64,000 nucleotides of DNA. Source: Clostridia bacterium (GTDB taxonomy: Bacteria > Bacillota > Clostridia > UBA1381 > UBA9506). The notes beneath the pieces were generated by a model that was given only the letters and a program-made list of their open reading frames with translations, was not told the DNA's origin and did not search any database. The stretch is taken from positions 3,771 through 67,770 of the forward strand of contig JAFQJE010000008.1 of NCBI GenBank assembly GCA_017415145.1, in the 5' to 3' direction. Positions 22,085 through 31,145 of this stretch are shown here, one piece after another. Made by a program: the position numbers and the translations under genes. The stretch's first letter is position 1. Each line of letters starts with the position of its first letter.

Positions 22085-22996
22085 ATGGCTTTTACAGCTG
22101 CTGATGTTAAGACTTTAAGAGAAATCACAGGCTGCGGTATGATGGACTGCAAAAAAGCTCTTTCTGCTACAGACGGTGATCAGGAAAAAGCTATAGAATT
22201 TTTAAGAGAAAAAGGCTTGGCTACTGCTGAAAAGAAATCAGGCAGAGTTGCTGCTGACGGTATTGTATATGCAAACGTTGAAAATGGCGTTGGCGTTGTT
22301 TTGGAAGTTAACTCTGAAACAGACTTCGTTGCTAAAAACGATGAATTCTTACAGTTCGTTGCAGACGTTGCTAAGCAGATCAATGTTAACAACCCCGCTG
22401 ATGTAGACGCATTGCTCGCTGAGAACTTTATCGCAGGCGAAGGCACAGTAAAAGATGCTTTAGTTAACAAAATCGCTACAATTGGCGAAAATATGTCTAT
22501 CAGAAGATTCGCTCGTTTCGACGGTGTTGTTGAAACATACATCCACGCTGGTGGCAAAATCGGTGTTATGGTTAAATTTGAAGTTGCAGACGCAAGCAAA
22601 GCTTCCGCTCCTGAATTTAAAGAATTTGCACGTGACGTTGCAATGCAGATTGCAGCTTTTAACGCTCAGTTCTTAAACCGCGATGCTGTTCCCGCTGACG
22701 TTGTAGCAAAAGAAACAGAAATCTTAATGGCTCAGGCTATGAACGAAGGTAAGCCCGCTGCTATCGCTGAAAAAATGGTTGCAGGTCGTATCAACAAGTA
22801 CTTCAAGGAAATCTGTCTTGTTGACCAGGCGTTCATTAAGGATGACGAATTAACAGTTGCAAAATATGCTGATACAATCGCAAAATCACTCGGAACAGAA
22901 ATCAAAATCGTTGATTTCGTTAGATTCGAAAAAGGCGAAGGTATCGAAAAGAAAGAAGACAACTTTGCTGAAGAAGTTGCAAGCATGGTTAAATAA
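22085..22996 (+). CDS. tsf: Elongation factor Ts
   Basis: LREITGCGMMDCKKAL and EVNSETDFVAKN. Start at ATG 22085 behind GGAGG. Confidence 0.99.
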   Translation: MAFTAADVKTLREITGCGMMDCKKALSATDGDQEKAIEFLREKGLATAEKKSGRVAADGIVYANVENGVGVVLEVNSETDFVAKNDEFLQFVADVAKQINVNNPADVDALLAENFIAGEGTVKDALVNKIATIGENMSIRRFARFDGVVETYIHAGGKIGVMVKFEVADASKASAPEFKEFARDVAMQIAAFNAQFLNRDAVPADVVAKETEILMAQAMNEGKPAAIAEKMVAGRINKYFKEICLVDQAFIKDDELTVAKYADTIAKSLGTEIKIVDFVRFEKGEGIEKKEDNFAEEVASMVK

Positions 22997-23020
22997 TTTC
23001 TTTATTACAACACAAAATAT

Positions 23021-23052
23021 GATCTCCGGAAGACACATTCCGGAGATTTTTT
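23021..23052 (+). terminator. Terminator after tsf
   Basis: ATCTCCGGAA...TTCCGGAGAT-TTTTT. Confidence 0.8.
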
Positions 23053-23072
23053 GTATCAGGAGGTGTAGACTA

Positions 23073-24197
23073 TTGAGCACAATGGCAGTAATATGCGAAT
23101 ACAATCCTTTTCATAACGGACACAAGTATCAACTCACCCGTCACAAAGAAGTACTGGGTGCAGATAGCGTAATATGTCTTATGAGCGGAAGCTTTGTCCA
23201 ACGTGGTGCTCCTGCAATATACGATAAATGGACAAGGGCAAAAGATGCTGTATTAAACGGTGCCGATTTGGTAATTGAACTGCCTGTGGTCTACTCCGCC
23301 CAATCCGCACAACGTTTTGCTTCAGGGGCAGTAAATCTATTAGATAAATTAGGTGTGGTAGATTTCCTTTCCTTTGGAAGTGAATGTGGAGATATTGACA
23401 CTCTGACAAAAGTAGCAAAAGTCATTGCATCAGAAGAATTTAACTCTTTAGTTGAAGAAAAGTTAAAATCAGGTATAAGCTACCCTGCCGCAAGAACACA
23501 AGTAATAAAAGAGCACTACCCCGAATTAGACGAAAACCTTATTTCAAGTCCTAATAACATTTTGTCGATTGAATACATCAATGCAATTAATAAAATCAAT
23601 AGCAATATAGAACCCAAAACACTATTGAGAAATCAGAGTTTTGCATCAGCGTCTGAAATCAGGTCAAAAATCTGCTCGAATGAGAGTGTAACAGAATCAA
23701 TACCAACGGAAACAAGAAAAGCATACGATATGAGGGCTTATGACAATCTTGTCCTCTATCATTTCCGCAAGGAAAGTCCAAAGTCTTTACAGAAGATTTG
23801 TGACATGACAGAAGGTCTTGAGAATAAATTTAAAAAGGCTTCACAGGCTACCACAAGTTACGAAGAGCTTGCAGAATCCGTAAAGTCAAAACGCTATACA
23901 CGAACCAGAATTGACCGTATTTCTGCAAACGCCCTGCTTGGTATAGAAGATTGGCACACCGAACTAAAACCTCAATACGCACGAATTCTGGCATTTAATT
24001 CACGAGGTCAGGAGTTACTGGCAAAGATGAAGAAAGTGTCCCAAATACCAATCATTACAAAAGTAGCAGATGCAAATCCTGATACAGAAGAATTCAGTAT
24101 AATGTTTGAAAAAGATTTGCTTTCAACTGATATTTATTCTATTCTTACAAATAAACCTGCAGGATTAGATTATAAAACGTCTCCGATAAAGTTATAA
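23073..24197 (+). CDS. tmcAL: tRNA(Met) cytidine acetate ligase (YlbM/TmcAL, HIGH nucleotidyltransferase)
   Basis: EYNPFHNGH, MSGSFVQRG, PNNILSIEY and KSKRYTRTRI. Real start is TTG 23073 behind AGGAGGT; the track extension overlaps tsf. Confidence 0.88.
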   Translation: MSTMAVICEYNPFHNGHKYQLTRHKEVLGADSVICLMSGSFVQRGAPAIYDKWTRAKDAVLNGADLVIELPVVYSAQSAQRFASGAVNLLDKLGVVDFLSFGSECGDIDTLTKVAKVIASEEFNSLVEEKLKSGISYPAARTQVIKEHYPELDENLISSPNNILSIEYINAINKINSNIEPKTLLRNQSFASASEIRSKICSNESVTESIPTETRKAYDMRAYDNLVLYHFRKESPKSLQKICDMTEGLENKFKKASQATTSYEELAESVKSKRYTRTRIDRISANALLGIEDWHTELKPQYARILAFNSRGQELLAKMKKVSQIPIITKVADANPDTEEFSIMFEKDLLSTDIYSILTNKPAGLDYKTSPIKL

Positions 24198-24238
24198 AAA
24201 CAAAAAAGCCGCTGCAGTGCAGCGGCTTTTTTGTTTTT
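24198..24238. terminator. Bidirectional terminator ending tmcAL and the succinate/Hdr operon
   Basis: AAAACAAAAAAGCCGCTGCA-G-TGCAGCGGCTTTTTTGTTTT. Confidence 0.85.
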
Positions 24239-24239
24239 A

Positions 24240-25502
24240 TTAGAATAATATAATTAAGAACTGTGATACAAGAACAACTGCGATAAGAGCAATCGGGTAA
24301 GTTGCCGCATAAGCTGCTGCAACATCCTCTGTACCTGCTGTACCAATTAAAGTACCAAGTGCAGGTGTACTTGTCATACCGCCTGTAATTGAACCTAAGT
24401 TGTTGAGTAAGCTGAGCTTTAAAACATACTTTGCAAAGAGGTAACCAACAATCATAGGAACGATTGTCATGATGATACCGTATACAAAGTACATGGGGTC
24501 AAAGTTCGCTACAAAGTCAGCACCACCTGGGATACCTGCACCAACTAAGAAAAGAACAAGGCCAAGCTCTCTGAAAAGCTTAAGTGTTGAAGAATCAGGC
24601 ATAATACTTAATTTGCCGATTCTGCCAAAGTGACCTAACACCAATGACACGAGCAAGCAGCCACCTGTTGTTGTAAGTGAGAAGCATGTTCCGGCTAAAC
24701 CTGAACCAGTCAAAGGAATCGTAATTTTACCAACGATAACACCAAAAACAGCTGCTAATGAAAACGCCGCAAATCCGTGTCCGTCAAGCTTTAAAAGTTT
24801 ACCTGTATAAGCTTTTTTCTCATTGTCATCAATTTTAATTGCAATTTTTGCACGTTCTTCATCCATATTTGCTTTTGTGACTTTAGGGATAATCTGTACA
24901 AAAAGCACTACGCCGATAACACCAAATATGTAAGCTATACCATGACCAACTGAAACAAGGCTTGTGTACTGTTCTGCTACTGTTGCTTTAGCTGCAGAAA
25001 ACGCAGGAGTTGAAGTTAAAGAACCTGATAAAAGTCCTACGATCATGGCTACAAAGCCGTCCTGCTCCTGAATAGATGCACCATAACCTACAATTTCTCC
25101 CATATAGATACATAAAACTGCAGAAAGTCCACCAAAAAGAATAATTACAAATCCTAAAAGAACATATGACTTGAAATTCTTTTTCATATTTGCAAAGAAC
25201 TTAGGACCTGCAATAAAACCTACTGATGTAACGAAAAGGATAAGACCAAGTGTTTCAACTATTGATAACGCTTTTTCAGCAAATCCTACATCAACGGCAC
25301 CTTTTATTATAAGCTGTTCTTCTAAAGGTGTGAAGAAAAATGCACCGAATAAGAGTGCTACAATAAATACACCTGCATCACCTAAAGATACTCCCTTAAT
25401 AGTTATTCTTCCCAATGCATAACCACAGAAAAGAATCGCAAACAAGCAGAACATTAAAAATGTAATGCCTGTTACAGGAATAACTCCTCCAAATAAATTC
25501 AT
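24240..25502 (-). CDS. AspT/YidE/YbjL-family transporter lacking TrkA-C domains; candidate succinate/dicarboxylate exporter
   Basis: Duplicated membrane domain with GSLTSTPA and GGMTSTPAL, LGLILFV..VG..AGP.F and AYAATYP. Confidence 0.82.
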   Translation of the reverse strand: MNLFGGVIPVTGITFLMFCLFAILFCGYALGRITIKGVSLGDAGVFIVALLFGAFFFTPLEEQLIIKGAVDVGFAEKALSIVETLGLILFVTSVGFIAGPKFFANMKKNFKSYVLLGFVIILFGGLSAVLCIYMGEIVGYGASIQEQDGFVAMIVGLLSGSLTSTPAFSAAKATVAEQYTSLVSVGHGIAYIFGVIGVVLFVQIIPKVTKANMDEERAKIAIKIDDNEKKAYTGKLLKLDGHGFAAFSLAAVFGVIVGKITIPLTGSGLAGTCFSLTTTGGCLLVSLVLGHFGRIGKLSIMPDSSTLKLFRELGLVLFLVGAGIPGGADFVANFDPMYFVYGIIMTIVPMIVGYLFAKYVLKLSLLNNLGSITGGMTSTPALGTLIGTAGTEDVAAAYAATYPIALIAVVLVSQFLIILF

Positions 25503-25574
25503 TTTATTAGACCTCTTTTCTTATTTACGTCAGTCAAGGATAAGGGACAACCCCCTTATCCTTGAATTTTTATA

Positions 25575-27173
25575 TTATTTTCTTCTTGTGTAGTCAGGTA
25601 ATAACACGGGAGATACTTTTTCTGTATCTATACCTGCTTTTCCGATTTCAGCCTCGAACTTTTCAATGTGGTCAAGTGTCAACTTGCCAACTGTAACATC
25701 CTTACACTTAGCACCTGCACTCTGACCTGCAATACGGCCGAATACGATAATATCAAGTAATGAGTTACCCATAAGACGGTTTTTACCGTGGATACCACCA
25801 ACAGCCTCACCTGCAACAAAGAGGTTTTCTACGTTTGTTGTCATACAGTCAGGATTGATATCTAAACCACCATTCTGATAATGGAGTGTGGGATAAACCA
25901 AGATAGGCTCTTTACGGATATCAATGCCGTATTTTGCGAACATTCTCCACATAGCAGGAATTCTGCTCATAATAGTACCTTCGCCACCGATTTCCTCAAT
26001 CATAGGAGTATCGAGCCATACACCTAAGCCATTGCCTGTGTCAACACCGTTTCCACGCTCTGAGCATTCACGGATAATTGATGCTGCTGATACGTCACGT
26101 GTTTCTAACGGATGCATAAATACTTCACCATTTACGTTAACGAGTTTTGCACCGAGTGAGCGTACTTTTTCAGTAACAAGTGCTCCGAAAATCTGTTCAG
26201 GGAATGCTACTCCTGTAGGATGGTACTGTAAGGTTTCAGCATATAAAAGCTTTGCACCTACACGATAACCTAAAACAAGACCGTCTGCTGTTGCGCCGTA
26301 ATGGTTTGATGTGGGGAAACCCTGATAGTGCATACGACCTGCACCACCTGTAGCAATGATAACAGTTTTAGCTTTTGCTACCATAAGTTCTTTTGTTTCC
26401 ATATTCATCAATACTGCACCGGCAGCACGACCATTCTCGTCTAAAATAAGCTCAATAGCTGCTGTAAAGTCAATAACAGGGATGTTGCGGTTTAACACTT
26501 CATCACGGAGTGTTCTCATAATTTCTGCACCTGAATAGTCTTTTGCTGCGTGCATTCTTTTTCTTGATGTACCGCCACCGTGTGTTGTAACCATTGTGCC
26601 GTCTTCTGTTTTATCAAATTCAACACCTAAGTTTGATAACCACTGAATAGCTTCAGGAGCGTTGCAAACGAGCTGTGATAAAAGCTCACGCTTTGCTGCA
26701 AAGTGACCGCCACCAAATGCGTCTACAAAGTGAGTAGCAGGTGAATCGTTAGGCTTGTCTGCAGCCTGGATACCACCTTCTGCCATCATTGTATTGGCAT
26801 CGCCTATTCTTAATTTTGTTACAATCATAACCTTAGCGCCTGCGTTATCTGCTTCAATTGCAGCAGATGAACCTGCACCGCCACCACCGATAATCAAAAC
26901 GTCAGTTTCGTAATCGGGGTTTTCAAGATCTATACTGCTTGCAGAAATTCTTGAGTGTGCCTGAAGAATTTCTGCTAATTCTGTAGGAACCTTTTCTCCT
27001 TTGTTAGGACCGATTTTGAGCTCTTGGAATTCGTCCTTTTTGTAGTCAGGATGGAAAGCCGCAAGTAAGTCTTCCTTCTGCTTTGCAGTCATACGATCAG
27101 GTTCTAATGCTATATTTTTTTCTCTTGCTGCTTCAACTAAAGCAAGTGATTTCTGAAATTTTTCTGAATACAT
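25575..27173 (-). CDS. Soluble fumarate reductase/succinate dehydrogenase-type flavoprotein
   Basis: IGGGGAG, AEGG, QYHPTG, LVTEKVR, TRD, PTLHYQNGG and HGKNRLMGNSL: all dicarboxylate-site residues of the FrdA/SdhA/NadB family. Confidence 0.88.
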   Translation of the reverse strand: MYSEKFQKSLALVEAAREKNIALEPDRMTAKQKEDLLAAFHPDYKKDEFQELKIGPNKGEKVPTELAEILQAHSRISASSIDLENPDYETDVLIIGGGGAGSSAAIEADNAGAKVMIVTKLRIGDANTMMAEGGIQAADKPNDSPATHFVDAFGGGHFAAKRELLSQLVCNAPEAIQWLSNLGVEFDKTEDGTMVTTHGGGTSRKRMHAAKDYSGAEIMRTLRDEVLNRNIPVIDFTAAIELILDENGRAAGAVLMNMETKELMVAKAKTVIIATGGAGRMHYQGFPTSNHYGATADGLVLGYRVGAKLLYAETLQYHPTGVAFPEQIFGALVTEKVRSLGAKLVNVNGEVFMHPLETRDVSAASIIRECSERGNGVDTGNGLGVWLDTPMIEEIGGEGTIMSRIPAMWRMFAKYGIDIRKEPILVYPTLHYQNGGLDINPDCMTTNVENLFVAGEAVGGIHGKNRLMGNSLLDIIVFGRIAGQSAGAKCKDVTVGKLTLDHIEKFEAEIGKAGIDTEKVSPVLLPDYTRRK

Positions 27174-27185
27174 CTGCTCTCCTCC

Positions 27186-27860
27186 TTACTTCTCGATATC
27201 TCTGTTGTTATAGAGTTCTTTCATTTCATCAATGGGCTTTTCCATTAATGCTTCGATTAATTCATTAAAGTCACCATTTTTGATTTCTTTTACTCTGTCT
27301 TCCAAATGTCCGCAACCGGGAGCTAAGTACTTACCGTTGATTCTTCTTGCAAGCATTGCTACCTGGGGATGTGAAATACCTGCAGGACATCTTGAAGAAC
27401 AAACACCGCACATTACGCAGTCAAATGATTCTTCTGCACATTTTTCGAAATCGCCACGCTGAGCATATGCAATGTACTGCATTACATTTAATTCCTGAGT
27501 ACAGCTCTTTGTACAAGCATTACAGCCGATACAAGCGTAAATTTCAGGATAGAGCTGCATCATAACTGATTCTGTTACGGGTACTGTTTCAATATCGTAA
27601 ACCTGCTTAACAAGTGGGAAGAAAGGCAATGTTGCAATATACATATTGTCCTCAACCTTTGTCTGGCAAGCAAGACAAGCTTTTAATTCCTTGTCACCCT
27701 TAATACGATAAATTGTTGCACACGCACCGCAGAAGCCGTTACGGCAACCGCAACCACGGACTAACTGATAGCCTGCGTATTCCATGGCTGTCATAATTGT
27801 TAAATTTTCCGGCACTTCATATTTCTTGCCGAAAAGAAAAATATTAACCATTTTTTCCAT
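27186..27860 (-). CDS. FrdB/SdhB-like Fe-S subunit ([2Fe-2S] plus two [4Fe-4S])
   Basis: CRNGFCGAC...LAC (2Fe-2S), CIGCNACTKSC and CVMCGVCSSRCP. Confidence 0.85.
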   Translation of the reverse strand: MEKMVNIFLFGKKYEVPENLTIMTAMEYAGYQLVRGCGCRNGFCGACATIYRIKGDKELKACLACQTKVEDNMYIATLPFFPLVKQVYDIETVPVTESVMMQLYPEIYACIGCNACTKSCTQELNVMQYIAYAQRGDFEKCAEESFDCVMCGVCSSRCPAGISHPQVAMLARRINGKYLAPGCGHLEDRVKEIKNGDFNELIEALMEKPIDEMKELYNNRDIEK

Positions 27861-27874
27861 GATATCTCTCCTTA

Positions 27875-28708
27875 TTAATACTCGTCCGGAAGTTCTTCCA
27901 ACTCATCACAGCGGAATACCGGGCCATCTTTACAAACATATTTTGAGCCTACATTACATCTGCCACACTTACCGACACCGCACTTCATTCTAAGCTCTAA
28001 TGTAGTATAAATCTGTGTTTTGTCAAATCCAATTGATGTGAGTCCATCAAGTGTGAACTTAATCATAATCGGAGGTCCACAAAGTACCGCGGTTTTGTTT
28101 GTATCAAAGCCGAGCTCCTTAACGTAGTTGGGAACAAAGCCTACATGACCGTCCCAACCCTCCTGAGGATTGTCGATTGTTAAGTGTACATTTACACCAG
28201 CATCATTAGACCATTCTTCAATAATTTCTTTATAGTCCAAAAGGTCATCCTTGCTTCTTGAACCGTAAACGATATCAATATCGCCGTAACGGTCACGGTA
28301 ATGTCTGCAGTAATTAATTACAGAACGAAGAGGTGCTAACCCTACACCACCTGCGATAAAAAGCAGATTCTTTCCTGCAAAAACATCGTCAACAGGGAAG
28401 GGATTACCATATGGTCCTCTGATTGTAATCTGCTGACCAACTTCTGCCTGATGGAGCCACTCTGTTACACAACCGCATTTTTTAATGGAAAATTCCATGA
28501 ATTCAGTGTTTGTAGGTGATGATGTAATAGAAAACATAGCCTCGCCTACACCGGGAATTGAAAGCATTGCACACTGTCCGGGACGGTGGTCAAAGGCTTT
28601 CTTGCCATCAGGTGTAACGACTCTGAATGTTTTGATATCAGGTGTATCAATTCTTACGTCAGTAATGACACCGATTTTAGGGATTAAGGTTTCTTCCATT
28701 TTATTCAT
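27875..28708 (-). CDS. flxA: FlxA-type FAD/NAD(H)-binding oxidoreductase with [2Fe-2S]
   Basis: RPGQ, IRGPYGN, AGGVGLAPLR, LCGPPIM and MKCGVGKCGRC...CKDGPVF (PyrK/AsrB/HydG-like fold); last gene of flxDCBA. Confidence 0.82.
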   Translation of the reverse strand: MNKMEETLIPKIGVITDVRIDTPDIKTFRVVTPDGKKAFDHRPGQCAMLSIPGVGEAMFSITSSPTNTEFMEFSIKKCGCVTEWLHQAEVGQQITIRGPYGNPFPVDDVFAGKNLLFIAGGVGLAPLRSVINYCRHYRDRYGDIDIVYGSRSKDDLLDYKEIIEEWSNDAGVNVHLTIDNPQEGWDGHVGFVPNYVKELGFDTNKTAVLCGPPIMIKFTLDGLTSIGFDKTQIYTTLELRMKCGVGKCGRCNVGSKYVCKDGPVFRCDELEELPDEY

Positions 28709-29732
28709 TTACTTTCCCTCCAATCTTTTTCATTACTTTTACAATATTCATAGAAATAGGACATTTAGCTAAGCATCTTCCGCAGCCTACACAACCAAAA
28801 ATTCCTTCGTTGTTTTCAGGATAATATACCAGCTTGTGCATAAAACGTTGACGGAAACGCTCTTTCTGTGAAAGACGGTTATTGCCGTGAGCCATCTTTG
28901 TAAATTCAGAATACATACATGAATCCCAGCATCTGTAACGGATTACACCGTTACCTGTGTTGAAATCCTTAATGTCATAGCACTGACAAGTAGGACAAAC
29001 AAATGTACATGTTCCGCAACCAAGACAAGTTGCAGACAATTCATCCCATTCAGGAACATTAAAGAATGTATCTGTTTTACCACCGCCGAAAGCATCAGCA
29101 CTCAAATCTTTTAAAGGAAGCTTTTTCATAATAGCTGCGATTTTATCTTTTTCAGCTGCAACTGCAGTATCATCGCACTCTTCTGTCAGGCTTTCTATCT
29201 TTTTCATAAAGGCTTCGCCTTTTTCTGTGTTAGCTTTAAAATATACGCTATCCTCTGTCTTCCAAGCGGTTACATCGCCAAGAGGGTTTGTAGCATCAAT
29301 ATTGTCAAACGTCTGACAGAAGCAGGTTTCAGAAGGCTTGGAACAAGCTACAGATACTATCACACCATGCTCTCTACGTGATGCGTAGAAACTATCTACT
29401 GGGTCTGTTAAGAATACTCTGTCTAAAATATCAAAGCTTCTTACGTCACAGGCACGAACACCGAAAATAACGAAATCTTCTGCTTCTTCTCTGATATCGG
29501 TAAGCTCAATGTTTTTGCCTGAGGTTTTGAATTCCATCAGATTTTCAACCTGAGGGAAGAAGAAATCCTTGGGGCTTCTTACAGTGTTTAGAGCATTACT
29601 CCACTCTTTGCCCTCTTCCCATTTTGTGTAAACTGCGACACCGTCGCTGCCGTCTACAGGAAGATATAATTTGTTGGTTTCTGCAATTTTACCAAAAATC
29701 TTATTTATTGAATCTAAAGAACATTTACGCAT
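28701..29732 (-). CDS. flxB: FlxB-type 4Fe-4S protein (AsrA/HydB-like)
   Basis: SPKDFFFP, GVRACD, CFC, CLGCGTCTFVCPTCQC, WDSC, RFRQRFMHK and CVGCGRCLAKCP. Confidence 0.82.
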   Translation of the reverse strand: MRKCSLDSINKIFGKIAETNKLYLPVDGSDGVAVYTKWEEGKEWSNALNTVRSPKDFFFPQVENLMEFKTSGKNIELTDIREEAEDFVIFGVRACDVRSFDILDRVFLTDPVDSFYASRREHGVIVSVACSKPSETCFCQTFDNIDATNPLGDVTAWKTEDSVYFKANTEKGEAFMKKIESLTEECDDTAVAAEKDKIAAIMKKLPLKDLSADAFGGGKTDTFFNVPEWDELSATCLGCGTCTFVCPTCQCYDIKDFNTGNGVIRYRCWDSCMYSEFTKMAHGNNRLSQKERFRQRFMHKLVYYPENNEGIFGCVGCGRCLAKCPISMNIVKVMKKIGGKVNE

Positions 29733-30723
29733 CCTGATCCCCCCTCTCAAAAACCTCACCGGGCTCTAAGTCCTCAGTGGTATAGTCAACGAGAGGTGCA
29801 CGTGAGCCAACTTCTGCACCTGCCTGATATTCGCCGTAAAATTCGTTTATATCCTTGATAAACTTACGGTTTAAAAGATGCAGGGGAATATTCTGAGGAC
29901 ATACTCTTGAACATTCTCCACAGTCTGTGCAACGACCTGCAACGTGGAATGCTCTTATAATGTGGAACATCTTTTCTTCAAAGCTGTTTGCAGGAGCTTT
30001 ATTTTCAACTGCAGAATCCGGATTATCAAATACGCACTTCTCACAAGTACATGCAGGACAAGCATCACGGCATGCATTACAACGAATACAACGTGAAAGC
30101 TCATTCTGCCAGAAGAGGAATCTTTCATCAGGAGTCATAGCCTCAAGTCGTGCTACTTCGTCAAAACGAGCAGATTCTATAACTTCGCCATCTTCTCCCA
30201 TAAGCTCATCAAAGGCTACGTGCTTTTTACTCTTGCAGTTTACACATCTTTCTGCCATTACATCTTTTGCACCAACTAAAACGGGAGCATCAGCATATAA
30301 TGTTGAAACTTTCAGGCTTTCACCGTCATCTTCGATGGAAACTATACCGTCGCCAACGATTTCTCTTACTTTCGCAATATCTGCCATACCTTCGCAGGGA
30401 ATACCAACAGCGTAAACTTTTTCTCTGTCAAATCTATGCTCTGTTAAGAGCTGATTGAAACTGTATGTGTCGCAAGGCTTTAAGAAAACAAGGATTTTTC
30501 CCTCCACTTTTCCTGTCTGTGCAACTAAATACTTTGAAAAGTTCGCACCACAAAAATCGTTCCATACGAAGTTTTCTTTTACTTCTTCTGCTGATTTAAA
30601 AACAGCAGGTGTTATATCATAGTCAAATTCGCCGCGGCTCCAACCTAATACTGCTGAAACTGTACCATCAGAAAGCAAAGCCACTGCTTTTTCTACCAAC
30701 TGATCTCTAGTTATTTTTTGCAT
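29725..30723 (-). CDS. flxC: FlxC-type 4Fe-4S protein
   Basis: KPCD, RCIRCNACRDACPACTC and HVAGRCTDCGECSRVCP. Confidence 0.8.
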   Translation of the reverse strand: MQKITRDQLVEKAVALLSDGTVSAVLGWSRGEFDYDITPAVFKSAEEVKENFVWNDFCGANFSKYLVAQTGKVEGKILVFLKPCDTYSFNQLLTEHRFDREKVYAVGIPCEGMADIAKVREIVGDGIVSIEDDGESLKVSTLYADAPVLVGAKDVMAERCVNCKSKKHVAFDELMGEDGEVIESARFDEVARLEAMTPDERFLFWQNELSRCIRCNACRDACPACTCEKCVFDNPDSAVENKAPANSFEEKMFHIIRAFHVAGRCTDCGECSRVCPQNIPLHLLNRKFIKDINEFYGEYQAGAEVGSRAPLVDYTTEDLEPGEVFERGDQDA

Positions 30724-31145
30724 CTCAGATCCTCCAATCTCTTGTTTTCTCCGAGAGATGCTACAGTTTGGGCAAACTCGTTCATTGTTGCCGCAAACTT
30801 AGCACCTTCTGCCGCAGAAACCCATTCAACACGGGTACGCTCTTTTTCAATACCAAGAAAATCAAGCATTGAGAAAAGTGCTGCCATTCTGCGACGTGTA
30901 TAGTAGTTACCTGATGTGTAGTGACAATCTCCGGGGTGACATCCGCAAATAATTACGCCGTCAGCACCACGCTGAAAAGCACGCAATATAAACATGGGGT
31001 TTACTCGACATGAACAGGGTACGCGAATGATTTTAACATCCGCAGGATAATTTAAGCGGTTGTTACCTGCAAGGTCTGCACCGGCGTAAGAACACCAGTT
31101 GCAGCAAAAAGCAACTATTAGGGGTTTATATTCTTTTACTTGCAT
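30711..31145 (-). CDS. flxD: MvhD/FlxD [2Fe-2S] subunit
   Basis: FCCNWCSYAGAD, VPCSCRV, GCHPGDCHY..GN and WVSAAEG; all Cys, no Sec. Confidence 0.9.
   Translation of the reverse strand: MQVKEYKPLIVAFCCNWCSYAGADLAGNNRLNYPADVKIIRVPCSCRVNPMFILRAFQRGADGVIICGCHPGDCHYTSGNYYTRRRMAALFSMLDFLGIEKERTRVEWVSAAEGAKFAATMNEFAQTVASLGENKRLEDLRCKK

Noticed and set aside
22857-23072. Apparent N-terminal extension of tmcAL overlapping tsf
   Set aside because: It crosses the tsf terminator; a strong RBS and TTG start lie at 23073.
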